Source: Candidatus Thorarchaeota archaeon
Lineage (GTDB): Archaea > Asgardarchaeota > Thorarchaeia > Thorarchaeales > Thorarchaeaceae
DNA: 54,201 nt
Assembly (NCBI GenBank): GCA_029855935.1
Contig: JAGSHN010000011.1
Location: 1-54,201 of the forward strand
Direction of reading: 5' to 3'
Position 1 is the stretch's first letter. Every line of letters starts with the position of its first letter. Shown here piece by piece: positions 1 to 10,169 of the stretch. The notes below the pieces were generated by a model. It saw nothing but the letters and a program-made list of their open reading frames with translations, was not told the DNA's origin and did no database searches. Position numbers and translations under genes: made by a program.

Positions 1-33
1 AGCTCTATGAGATCAGCACGAGCATGACCGTCG

Positions 34-3000
34 CTTTCAATCCTCTTAGCTGAGGCTTTTGATCTTCAACCTGGAGAATGTGCAGTGCACGGCCACCGAG
101 AATCTCGTGACTTTCAATCCTCTTAGCTGAGGCTTTTGATCTTCAACTCGAACGGCGTGCTGAAGGTGCGCTTCAGCGTGAGTTACAACTTTCAATCCTC
201 TTAGCTGAGGCTTTTGATCTTCAACACCGGCGAGCGCCGTCAGCACCGTGTTGCGGATGTAACTCTTTCAATCCTCTTAGCTGAGGCTTTTGATCTTCAA
301 CTGGTCAAGGGAGTTTGTACTAAACGGGCTATGCCTCCTCTTTTAATCCTCTTAGCTGAGGCTTTTGATCTTCAACCGGGCTGCCTCAGGGTACTGCTCC
401 TGCTTCGCAGAAACTTTCAATCCTCTTAGCTGAGGCTTTTGATCTTCAACTGTACACGGACGCCTGACCGCGTACTGGACGACCAAGCTTTCAATCCTCT
501 TAGCTGAGGCTTTTGATCTTCAACCGAGAAGGTCCTCCGCGGCCGCTACGGGATGCGTGCACTTTCAATCCTCTTAGCTGAGGCTTTTGATCTTCAACCC
601 AGTGTCGGCACGGACAAGCTGCGCGTCAGTAACGCTTTCAATCCTCTTAGCTGAGGCTTTTGATCTTCAACAGCGGGTGAAGTAACGCGGGCTGAGCGTG
701 GGAAAGCGCCTTTCAATCCTCTTAGCTGAGGCTTTTGATCTTCAACCTGAGCTGCGGTTCCAGAATCGGCTCAAAGACCAGCCTTTCAATCCTCTTAGCT
801 GAGGCTTTTGATCTTCAACCGGGTTCGTGAAGCACAGCAGGCTCGCACGACCTACACTTTCAATCCTCTTAGCTGAGGCTTTTGATCTTCAACGCTCTGG
901 AGGCCACAGAGGCGGGCTGCGACCGCAGGGGGCTTTCAATCCTCTTAGCTGAGGCTTTTGATCTTCAACTCACTCTGTCAGAGGATAGGCCAACTCAGGA
1001 AGATGACTCTTTCAATCCTCTTAGCTGAGGCTTTTGATCTTCAACTATTCCCTGGAGTGCAGCAATTGCCGACGACACCAGCTTTCAATCCTCTTAGCTG
1101 AGGCTTTTGATCTTCAACTTGTGAGCATGGCCATGATTCCGGTATTTCCACAGTCCTTTCAATCCTCTTAGCTGAGGCTTTTGATCTTCAACATGCTCTG
1201 GCCCCCTCATGCATGAGGAGGATAACAGGCTTTCAATCCTCTTAGCTGAGGCTTTTGATCTTCAACGGTGAACGGCACTGCGCAGTGGAAACTGCTTCAG
1301 GCCCTTTCAATCCTCTTAGCTGAGGCTTTTGATCTTCAACAGGTCTCCGAGGCCGCGACGATGTTCAATGTCTTCGTGCTTTCAATCCTCTTAGCTGAGG
1401 CTTTTGATCTTCAACCGTGCGGTACGGCATAGTTGACTACAGCAAGACCCTCACTTTCAATCCTCTTAGCTGAGGCTTTTGATCTTCAACGGAGCAGCGT
1501 TCGAGGCGGATCTATCTGGTGCATCTTCCTTTCAATCCTCTTAGCTGAGGCTTTTGATCTTCAACCTTTGAGCGGCTGCTCCGGGCCATCGGTCACAAGA
1601 CCGCTTTCAATCCTCTTAGCTGAGGCTTTTGATCTTCAACCGCGATGCTCAAACAGCTCGTACAGGAGAAGAATAGTCTTTCAATCCTCTTAGCTGAGGC
1701 TTTTGATCTTCAACCCACTTCTCTATGGGTGGGTAGTAGTGTTCGCTCTACCTTTCAATCCTCTTAGCTGAGGCTTTTGATCTTCAACAACCACCCTCGT
1801 GACATCGGTTTCGTTCAGGAAGTCTCTTTCAATCCTCTTAGCTGAGGCTTTTGATCTTCAACCCCTGATTGAGCTAAGGCGTAGATACAACAATGATTAG
1901 TCTTTCAATCCTCTTAGCTGAGGCTTTTGATCTTCAACGTATTTCTCTTCAAGTCATCATCTCTCCTATTCAGACTCTTTCAATCCTCTTAGCTGAGGCT
2001 TTTGATCTTCAACCTCCATCGGTATCAAAGGACTTTGTGATTGTCTTTACTTTCAATCCTCTTAGCTGAGGCTTTTGATCTTCAACGGGGTTCGAGGAGG
2101 GATATAAGATGGACTACAGGGCCTTTCAATCCTCTTAGCTGAGGCTTTTGATCTTCAACTTGGTGATGACGGGAGGGAAGAGTGATAGTAGACTGCTTTC
2201 AATCCTCTTAGCTGAGGCTTTTGATCTTCAACAATTGTGGTGAATGGTGGGTCAACAACGAAGACTCTCACTTTCAATCCTCTTAGCTGAGGCTTTTGAT
2301 CTTCAACATAGCCGCAGATGAGAAGTGGAAGGCACGCATGCGTGCTTTCAATCCTCTTAGCTGAGGCTTTTGATCTTCAACGGAGGAATGAGATAGTGGC
2401 AGAAGGTACTATGGCAGACTACACTTTCACTCCTCTTAGCTGAGGCTTTTGATCTTCAACGTTCGTCAGCACGTTCGGCGGCTATGCGCATCAGGACGCT
2501 TTCAATCCTCTTAGCTGAGGCTTTTGATCTTCAACTGTGCATGAAATTGGTCATTGGTTGGTGCTTAAATATTACTTTCAATCCTCTTAGCTGAGGCTTT
2601 TGATCTTCAACGAATTCGGACTTCAGCATAGGAGCCGGCAGGGGCCGACTTTCAATCCTCTTAGCTGAGGCTTTTGATCTTCAACCTTGAATTCGATAAT
2701 TCGCATCCTGCGATGGAACGCGTCTTTCAATCCTCTTAGCTGAGGCTTTTGATCTTCAACGTTCGGAGGATGAGTCAGAGTGGAGTGGGGAATTGTTCCT
2801 TTCAATCCTCTTAGCTGAGGCTTTTGATCTTCAACGTTCGTGTCTGGTATGAGAGCGCAGCATTCGACTCTCTCTTTCAATCCTCTTAGCTGAGGCTTTT
2901 GATCTTCAACCTGGACTTCTTGATTAAGAACAAGGCTGAGTCCGCTGCTTTCAATCCTCTTAGCTGAGGCTTTTGATCTTCAACGAAGATAGTGAATGAG

Positions 3001-5977
3001 GAGCCCGTGCCGATCTCCGCCTTTCAATCCTCTTAGCTGAGGCTTTTGATCTTCAACCGTTACGATGCCCTCCTGCACCAGCAGCTCGTAGCCGTCCTTT
3101 CAATCCTCTTAGCTGAGGCTTTTGATCTTCAACACACAGTCTACTCCTCGACCTCCACAACGAACAGTCTCTCCTTTCAATCCTCTTAGCTGAGGCTTTT
3201 GATCTTCAACACGCGGTTCGGCCCGCAGTCCGTGCTGGGCTACTTCTTCCTTTCAATCCTCTTAGCTGAGGCTTTTGATCTTCAACCTCGGGGGCGGGCT
3301 TCAGCACCTTCTCAGGCTCATCCTTTCAATCCTCTTAGCTGAGGCTTTTGATCTTCAACGTCGGTACGGACTTCACACTCTCGGGGCGTGGGTGTTGGAC
3401 TTTCAATCCTCTTAGCTGAGGCTTTTGATCTTCAACCCTCGAAGACGTGGTGCGACAACTCGGAAAGGTCTTCCTTTCAATCCTCTTAGCTGAGGCTTTT
3501 GATCTTCAACGTTGTGAAGCTGCAGATTCTGGATGAGGGACTTACTCACTTTCAATCCTCTTAGCTGAGGCTTTTGATCTTCAACCTTCATTGCCCTCAG
3601 CGTCATACCAGGACAGGATCATACTTTCAATCCTCTTAGCTGAGGCTTTTGATCTTCAACGTAGGCGAGTACGAGGTCCCCGCGGGCGAGGCGTGGACTT
3701 TCAATCCTCTTAGCTGAGGCTTTTGATCTTCAACCAATAGCCAACTCTCGCCGAATATCCGCTCGCCAATCACTTTCAATCCTCTTAGCTGAGGCTTTTG
3801 ATCTTCAACCCGTGAGCGCATTCACACTCAGGCCGCCGAAACTCGCCTTTCAATCCTCTTAGCTGAGGCTTTTGATCTTCAACGAGGAAGTGACGAAGAC
3901 GATAGAGGAACTCGAACGCGCTTTCAATCCTTTTAGCTGAGGCTTTTGATCTTCAACCAAGTTGGAGCAGCATAGCATACAGGGCGGGCTACTTGTCTTT
4001 CAATCCTCTTAGCTGAGGCTTTTGATCTTCAACTATTGTGTAATCACAGATACAATGGGGGCCTATACTGTCACTTTCAATCCTCTTAGCTGAGGCTTTT
4101 GATCTTCAACATTCAAGACTGACTATCCATCGGGTTCCTTTCACGTGACTTTCAATCCTCTTAGCTGAGGCTTTTGATCTTCAACGCTGTCCGAGTCGGA
4201 CACTGTCGAGGCCACATATCAGCTTTCAATCCTCTTAGCTGAGGCTTTTGATCTTCAACGGCGTCATGCAGCGCGGTGCATTTCAGGGAATCAATAACTT
4301 TCAATCCTCTTAGCTGAGGCTTTTGATCTTCAACTGCCAACCTTAACCCCGGTCACTACATTGGCGTATTCGCTTTCAATCCTCTTAGCTGAGGCTTTTG
4401 ATCTTCAACGGCCTGTATCTTTGCCAGTCTCGCCGTCGTCTTCCTCGCTTTCAATCCTCTTAGCTGAGGCTTTTGATCTTCAACAGCATAAGACAGTTGG
4501 CCCTGCGTTTCGAGGGGCATGCTTTCAATCCTCTTAGCTGAGGCTTTTGATCTTCAACTGACATTTTTTGGTTCACCTCGACCCACCCATAGAGCACTTT
4601 CAATCCTCTTAGCTGAGGCTTTTGATCTTCAACACGCGGTTCGGCCCGCAGTCCGTGCTAGGCTACTTCTTCCTTTCAATCCTCTTAGCTGAGGCTTTTG
4701 ATCTTCAACGATCTGCGCAGGCTGCGGTCTTGTCCTCCTCAAGATTACTTTCAATCCTCTTAGCTGAGGCTTTTGATCTTCAACAATCAACATGTATCTC
4801 GCCTCCAAGAGGCGGAGAGACACTTTCAATCCTCTTAGCTGAGGCTTTTGATCTTCAACCGAACTCACTCGCCATCAGCAGCGATCTGACGCTCTCCTTT
4901 CAATCCTCTTAGCTGAGGCTTTTGATCTTCAACACATCAAGAACTACAATGCCGTGCGGTACGGGATCGCTTTCAATCCTCTTAGCTGAGGCTTTTGATC
5001 TTCAACGCCTGCACAATTCTCTCTCTGTGCTAGTGGGACTTGTCGTGACTTTCAATCCTCTTAGCTGAGGCTTTTGATCTTCAACTCACTGAGGGAAAGT
5101 GGGTAATCACCTTTCGCTCAGACTTTCAATCCTCTTAGCTGAGGCTTTTGATCTTCAACGGGGGTAACAACGGGGACAGCCGACCTTCTGACCAATCTTT
5201 CAATCCTCTTAGCTGAGGCTTTTGATCTTCAACAGAGAATGAGGCTATACCGCGAGGAGGCGAGCGTGTACTTTCAATCCTCTTAGCTGAGGCTTTTGAT
5301 CTTCAACTCTGCGTGCGCAAGTCCAACCGCACGAACCACCGCACACTTTCAATCCTCTTAGCTGAGGCTTTTGATCTTCAACCTCTCCGCTCCCCCCGCT
5401 TGTGCTTTCGCGGAACGGAACTTTCAATCCTCTTAGCTGAGGCTTTTGATCTTCAACCTAGTCCCGTTTGACGACATCTTTCTCACTGTTGTACTTTCAA
5501 TCCTCTTAGCTGAGGCTTTTGATCTTCAACTGCGAATGGCAATGCTGTTCGCGTGACCGGCCCAGTCTTTCAATCCTCTTAGCTGAGGCTTTTGATCTTC
5601 AACCTCGTCAGAGTATCCCAAGAACATGTCCGAATACTGGCTTTCAATCCTCTTAGCTGAGGCTTTTGATCTTCAACCTGTTCGTATCGCATGATGATTT
5701 CCTCCGCTTCTGCGCTTTCAATCCTCTTAGCTGAGGCTTTTGATCTTCAACAGTCGTGTTGGCGAGTGGGAGCCAGAAGCATGCCTTGTCTTTCAATCCT
5801 CTTAGCTGAGGCTTTTGATCTTCAACATGAGCGACGAAGGAGTGCTAGAAAGTCTAGTCCGCCAACCTTTCAATCCTCTTAGCTGAGGCTTTTGATCTTC
5901 AACAAGAGATTCGACATCATCGTGATGGACGACATTCTGACTTTCAATCCTCTTAGCTGAGGCTTTTGATCTTCAAC
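34..5977 (-). CRISPR. CRISPR array, about 80 repeats of 37 bp (+ strand CTTTCAATCCTCTTAGCTGAGGCTTTTGATCTTCAAC; crRNA sense GTTGAAGATCAAAAGCCTCAGCTAAGAGGATTGAAAG), spacers roughly 35-42 nt; continues beyond window start
   Basis: Near-identical repeat with period ~75 nt from 34-70 to 5941-5977 (manual count 80). The minus-strand reading ends in ATTGAAAG, directly preceded by a CCTC/GAGG stem, as in Cas6-processed class 1 repeats. Confidence 0.99.
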
Positions 5978-6200
5978 CCTGTCGGAACCCGACTTTGCAC
6001 ATAAGTTTTGGCTGTTCTTGACACGTTGACCCCGTTGTGTTCCGAGTTTCGGGTTTTGCTTCTTTGCCATATAATGGTGCGCGGAAACAGGAGGGGCTGC
6101 ATAAGGGCCCATCTGTCTGATTGGGGACCTGCCGTCCTTGAGTTGGCGTAACAGAAGATGGGCCGGTGTCTTTTCCTCAATCCGGTCGTTCGTGAGGCTC
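5978..6200 (-). promoter_or_regulatory. Probable CRISPR leader
   Basis: Non-coding stretch adjacent to the last repeat, on the 5' side of the minus-strand repeat orientation. Contains A/T tracts, a TTATA-like element near 6070, and a GTCGG-N3-CCGAC inverted repeat at 5981-5993. The right boundary is uncertain. Confidence 0.7.
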
Positions 6201-6578
6201 TGAACGACAAAGCTCATCCTAGGGCATCTGTTTCGGGAATCTGCGCCTGTCTGGGGAGCGAATCGGTGTGAATCAGGGATATACTGTTCTCTTGCTGTGG
6301 AGGCACTGTCATGTCGGCAGTCCTTTCGGGCAGAAACTCGTATCCGCCGAATTGCAGGTGTGAGGTTCGGAGTGCAGTGTCACTCCCCGTGCCGGGAGTC
6401 GGGACGACGGTCACGGGGCCACGGGAAACTCACGTTTCTGACTCTCGATCTCGGGCCTGAAGACCAACCACGCGCTCGCTCACCAGCGCAAGACCCTCCC
6501 CTTCTGGGGATTGCTACGTTCACTCGCATCAGATACGAAGCGTCCAAGTTTCCTATGTCACGCGCAAGACCACGTCAT

Positions 6579-7264
6579 TCACTCTACACTTGCACGGTCC
6601 GCCTTCTTCTCAGCATCGGGAAGCTCCAGCCCACTCTTCTCAAGCAGCTCAAATGAGTCCGTTGCAAGCTGGTGGAGTTGCTGCAGGATCCTGAGCAGAT
6701 CACGTTCCCGTTCCGTGGCCGACAGCGCGGTGGCGAGGACGGTCTCCCGGTCGGTCTTGAGCGCACATCGCGCGGCCTCCACCGAGACCTCCCTCACCGT
6801 CCGAGGCGACCGTGACCAGTGTACCGCCGAGAGCCTGTCGAGGAAGACCTCTGCGAACTCCGACCCTGTGCGAGGAAGACCCTCTCCCTGTCGGCGACGG
6901 CCGCAATGTCCGGCTCGCACTCACAGACCTCAAGACCTCTCTCCCGCGCGATGTGTTCGGTCAGGAGGTCCAGATGCGACTGAGGGGCGAGCGCTCTCCC
7001 CAGTTCCACGTTCGTCCCGCGAAACTCCAGGTGCGCTCCAACGAGCCTGACGCACGCACGCTCTGTGTCGAGCCGCCAGTCAGAGATGATGCGCACCACG
7101 TCACCGCCGAGGCAGGGCTGTACGGATCTCACCTGGTAGGAGTTTTCAACGGCGATGACCTCATTGACGGGGCCGGTACCAGCGCGCTCAGAGCCAGCAT
7201 CGCCTTCCGATGAGTCCTCCGCGTCCTCCTCCAGCCACTCCGACTCATCGTCGTGGTCCGCCAA
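6579..7264 (-). pseudogene. Hypothetical protein split by an apparent frameshift near 6864-6866 (pseudogene or sequencing error)
   Basis: ORF 6794-7264 reads protein-like up to ...RERVFLAQG. Adding one G to the GGG run joins it to SEFAEVFLDRL... of ORF 6579-6920. Confidence 0.55.
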
Positions 7265-7278
7265 CGGCCATCATCCCT

Positions 7279-7545
7279 TCACGCCTCGAGCTCGGCCCTG
7301 ATTGCCTCCTCAATCTGCTCGGTGGTGACGTTCTCCTTAAAGACCCGCGATCCCACCTGAACACCCCTGAATCGGATGCCCAGCTGTTTGGCGGCCTCAC
7401 TTGTCGAGATGTCCTCCGAGTAGTCCACAACGTCCGCGTACTTTCTCATTGCCTCGTAGATGCGGCCAAGGAATCCCACGTAGCTGCAACTGCACACGCC
7501 CACGGGTAGAAACACCCTGACGTTGACGATCTTCCTGTCGTTCAT
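7279..7545 (-). CDS. Small thioredoxin-fold-like protein with CxC motif (possible metalloid chaperone)
   Basis: 88 aa with VCSCS motif and a thioredoxin-like tail (AKQLGI...VQVG...EQIEEAI); lies downstream of the Acr3-like and TDT genes. Confidence 0.55.
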   Translation of the reverse strand: MNDRKIVNVRVFLPVGVCSCSYVGFLGRIYEAMRKYADVVDYSEDISTSEAAKQLGIRFRGVQVGSRVFKENVTTEQIEEAIRAELEA

Positions 7546-7590
7546 GTCAATCAGACCACTCTGGCTGGTGGCCGCGGGTATCTGAGTTAC

Positions 7591-7612
7591 TCGATATAAA
7601 GATTATTCGATA
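7591..7612. promoter_or_regulatory. Shared upstream motif copy 1 (RATAT-N9-TCGATA)
   Basis: TCGATATAAAGATTATTCGATA, about 45 nt upstream of ORF 7545; similar to 10015-10036 and 14141-14162. Confidence 0.5.
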
Positions 7613-7712
7613 CGACAAGGGACCACCGGACCAGATCCGTTCAGCCGTCACAGAATCTGGCCCGGCAGTCGTCCCTCAGTCGCGAGGTGTGGAGCGAACA
7701 GGGGTCTCTCGC

Positions 7713-8786
7713 TCATGCGCTCTGCGGAGCATCGGTATTCTCTGTCTGAGCGGGGGGCTGCTGACCGGTCGGGCCATTGACGGGGCCCCCGCTTATCACC
7801 GAGTGGACTCCTCTGATCAGGGTCGCCAGCCAGAGTCCGAGCAGGAGCCAGTAGAGTGCGAATCCAATCCAGTCCACGAGTGTGAGGCCGAGGACGTGAG
7901 CGACGATGTGGCTCCCGGCGACGTAGGCACCGAGCGGGAAGATAAATGCCCACCAGCCCATCGAGTAAGGCAGCCGGAGTCGACGGATGTAGTGAGCGGT
8001 GAGTCCCAGCGCGAGGAGGAGCCACCAGATGCCGAAGCCCCACAAGAGGAACGCGAGTACGAAGAACGGCTCCTTTAGCGAGACGAATGCTGAGCCGCTG
8101 ATCAGGTTCACGAGAGCCACCGCGCCTGCCCCGATGGGACCAAGGCCTATCCAGATGGTCGGTGCGAGAACGTTTGGCATGGGCCGGTGCAGGATGAACC
8201 TGTACATGCATATTGCTAGGAGGGCCACGTACAGCAGGAAGCCAGCACCGAAGCCGAAGTAGTTCAGCAGAATGACCAGTTCCTGCTCGACTCCCGTCCT
8301 ACCCTCGATGAAGGGGCCACCAAGCGGGATGACGATGAGCGCCACTGGCGGGATGAACCAGGCGGGCGTGATGTGGTCGAGATGAATGTCCTCACTCTTG
8401 AACATCTCATAGGGAATCACGATACTGAACAGCACGGTCCCCAACGAGCCGGCGAGCCAGAAGTAGTAGGCCAGATCGAGCAGGGCCATCTGCTTGAAGT
8501 GGATCCCGAGCACGACGAGAGCAATCGTCATCGTTGGATAGAAGTTGGACCGCATCGGGTGCCGGAGGTCCTGCACGGCACTGGCCCGACACGTCAGCCA
8601 TCGTAGTGTCCACGGAACAAGCAGGACAAAGAAGATGATGATGTTCGCGTACATCAGTAGCTGTGAGAACGCTGCGAGGAGGGGCAGCCCGGTAGAGTAC
8701 TGCGAGCCCGTCATTGCAAGGACGCCAGTTCCCATCACCACAGCGAACCACGAGGGATTGAAGTTGCATATGGTTTCTGAACGCAA
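7713..8786 (-). CDS. TDT family (TehA/SLAC1/C4-dicarboxylate-tellurite) transporter
   Basis: FNPSWFAVVMGTG, TPAWFIPPV and WWAFIFPLG motifs; about 10 TM segments. Likely start is TTG 8786; the ORF-track extension to 8960 overlaps the neighbouring gene. Confidence 0.9.
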   Translation of the reverse strand: MRSETICNFNPSWFAVVMGTGVLAMTGSQYSTGLPLLAAFSQLLMYANIIIFFVLLVPWTLRWLTCRASAVQDLRHPMRSNFYPTMTIALVVLGIHFKQMALLDLAYYFWLAGSLGTVLFSIVIPYEMFKSEDIHLDHITPAWFIPPVALIVIPLGGPFIEGRTGVEQELVILLNYFGFGAGFLLYVALLAICMYRFILHRPMPNVLAPTIWIGLGPIGAGAVALVNLISGSAFVSLKEPFFVLAFLLWGFGIWWLLLALGLTAHYIRRLRLPYSMGWWAFIFPLGAYVAGSHIVAHVLGLTLVDWIGFALYWLLLGLWLATLIRGVHSVISGGPVNGPTGQQPPAQTENTDAPQSA

Positions 8787-8853
8787 TGTCTTCGCCTCTC
8801 TGACATATTGAGTCACGGATTGACTGGCGGACGGATTGACAGATTGCGATTTT

Positions 8854-9939
8854 TCAATGTTCCTGTATGGTCGGGCTGTCGGACTCCACTTCCTGATTCC
8901 CTGGCTGGTCTGCGGCGGCTGCCTCGCCGCTCTCAATCCACGAGCGGATCCGCGGCGCATACCTGAGTATGACCAGCATCAGTGGTATCTGGATCATCGG
9001 CGCGAATGCAGCGGGCAGTGCAGCGAGCTCGCCAAAGGTCGTCAGTGCAAGTGCGATGGTGATGGAGTGGTTCTTGGCCGTCACACCGTAGCCCTGCGCG
9101 ATAGTGTCCCCGAAGTCAAGACCGACCAGGCGGGAATACACCAGCGAGAGGATGAACAGCAACGGATAGGCAAACAGAATGCCCAGCCCTATCATCGCCA
9201 CGTATTCGAGGTGGGCAATGATCGTCTGCGCCTCCACTGCCATCATTATGAAGACGATGGCGAACATTCCAAGGCTGGACACCGCCGGGAAGGCTGGCTT
9301 GATTGCCTTGAACTTGGGCATCCCGTATCTTCTGATGATGCCCTGTCTGGTCACCAGTCCTGCGAGGAGAGGGAGCACGATGATGATGAGGATCTTCTGC
9401 GCCATCAGCCAGATGTCGATCGTGACGTAGACGCGCACAAGGACGTACATCCACACGGGGATGAGCACTATGCCCAGCAGAAAGCTGAGTGTGACGATGA
9501 CCAGTGCGGTCTCTGTTCTGCCCCGGGCGAAGCCCGTCCACGCCACCACCATTCCGCTGCACGGAACCGTCAGCTTCAGGATGAAGCCCACCGTGAGCAG
9601 GGGATCAAGGCCGGAGAGCAGCACTCCCGCCACGGCGGCTGCGAGTAGCGGCGAGAGAACAAAGTTGAGCGCAAGGACGCCGACGATCACCCTGGCACTG
9701 AGCGCCTCTCGTTCCACCATCTCAAGATGAATGCCAACCATCATCGGGTATAGCATGAAGAACAGGGGAATAGGAACGAACGGTTTGAGGAGCCTGGCGC
9801 TGTCCGGTGCGTACGTACCGTAGAGTAGGCCCAGCACTATCATCACACCAACGATTGGCGCGAGGTGGCGACGGATCAACGAAGAGTATCGCTGTAGTCT
9901 GTCTGGCAATTCTAATACCTCGTGGTTGTTGGAATGCAT
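8854..9939 (-). CDS. Acr3/BASS-family transporter (arsenic resistance protein-like)
   Basis: MLYPMM, LNFVLSPLLA and PCSGMVVAWTGFARG (Acr3 PC motif); about 10 TM segments. Confidence 0.8.
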   Translation of the reverse strand: MHSNNHEVLELPDRLQRYSSLIRRHLAPIVGVMIVLGLLYGTYAPDSARLLKPFVPIPLFFMLYPMMVGIHLEMVEREALSARVIVGVLALNFVLSPLLAAAVAGVLLSGLDPLLTVGFILKLTVPCSGMVVAWTGFARGRTETALVIVTLSFLLGIVLIPVWMYVLVRVYVTIDIWLMAQKILIIIVLPLLAGLVTRQGIIRRYGMPKFKAIKPAFPAVSSLGMFAIVFIMMAVEAQTIIAHLEYVAMIGLGILFAYPLLFILSLVYSRLVGLDFGDTIAQGYGVTAKNHSITIALALTTFGELAALPAAFAPMIQIPLMLVILRYAPRIRSWIESGEAAAADQPGNQEVESDSPTIQEH

Positions 9940-10014
9940 TATCCGCGGTCGGTCACTGTGTGACTCTGCGGGTCGCGCCGCCCCGTGGACGCTGCAGCAG
10001 TGTATCGGATAACC

Positions 10015-10036
10015 TCAATATTTATATCTATCGATA
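10015..10036. promoter_or_regulatory. Shared upstream motif copy 2, in the divergent Acr3/radical SAM promoter region
   Basis: TCAATATTTATATCTATCGATA; imperfect dyad TCAATA-N8-TATCGA overlapping a TATA-like TTTATA. Confidence 0.5.
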
Positions 10037-10169
10037 CTGACCCGGCGTGTGTATCTAATTACTTAAATAAACACAGACGAATAGTGATTCATGTCTGGAA
10101 TGTGGCTCAGACAGGGGCCTGACCTACACGAAGACTCGGGAACGGTCTAGGTCAAGACGCGAGGGACGG

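Noticed and set aside
1-5977. Self-targeting spacers against genes in this window
   Set aside because: None noticed by eye, but an exhaustive comparison needs blastn-short, so this is not excluded.
46-6217. ORFs with repeating VEDQKPQLRGLK / LSILLAEAFDLQ peptides
   Set aside because: They are translations of the CRISPR repeat, not genes.
8836-9648. Long antisense or alternate-frame ORFs (also 10704-11471, 18271-18990, 22873-23589, 33877-34689, 43155-44210, 46132-46866)
   Set aside because: They shadow well-supported genes in GC-rich DNA and carry no motifs.
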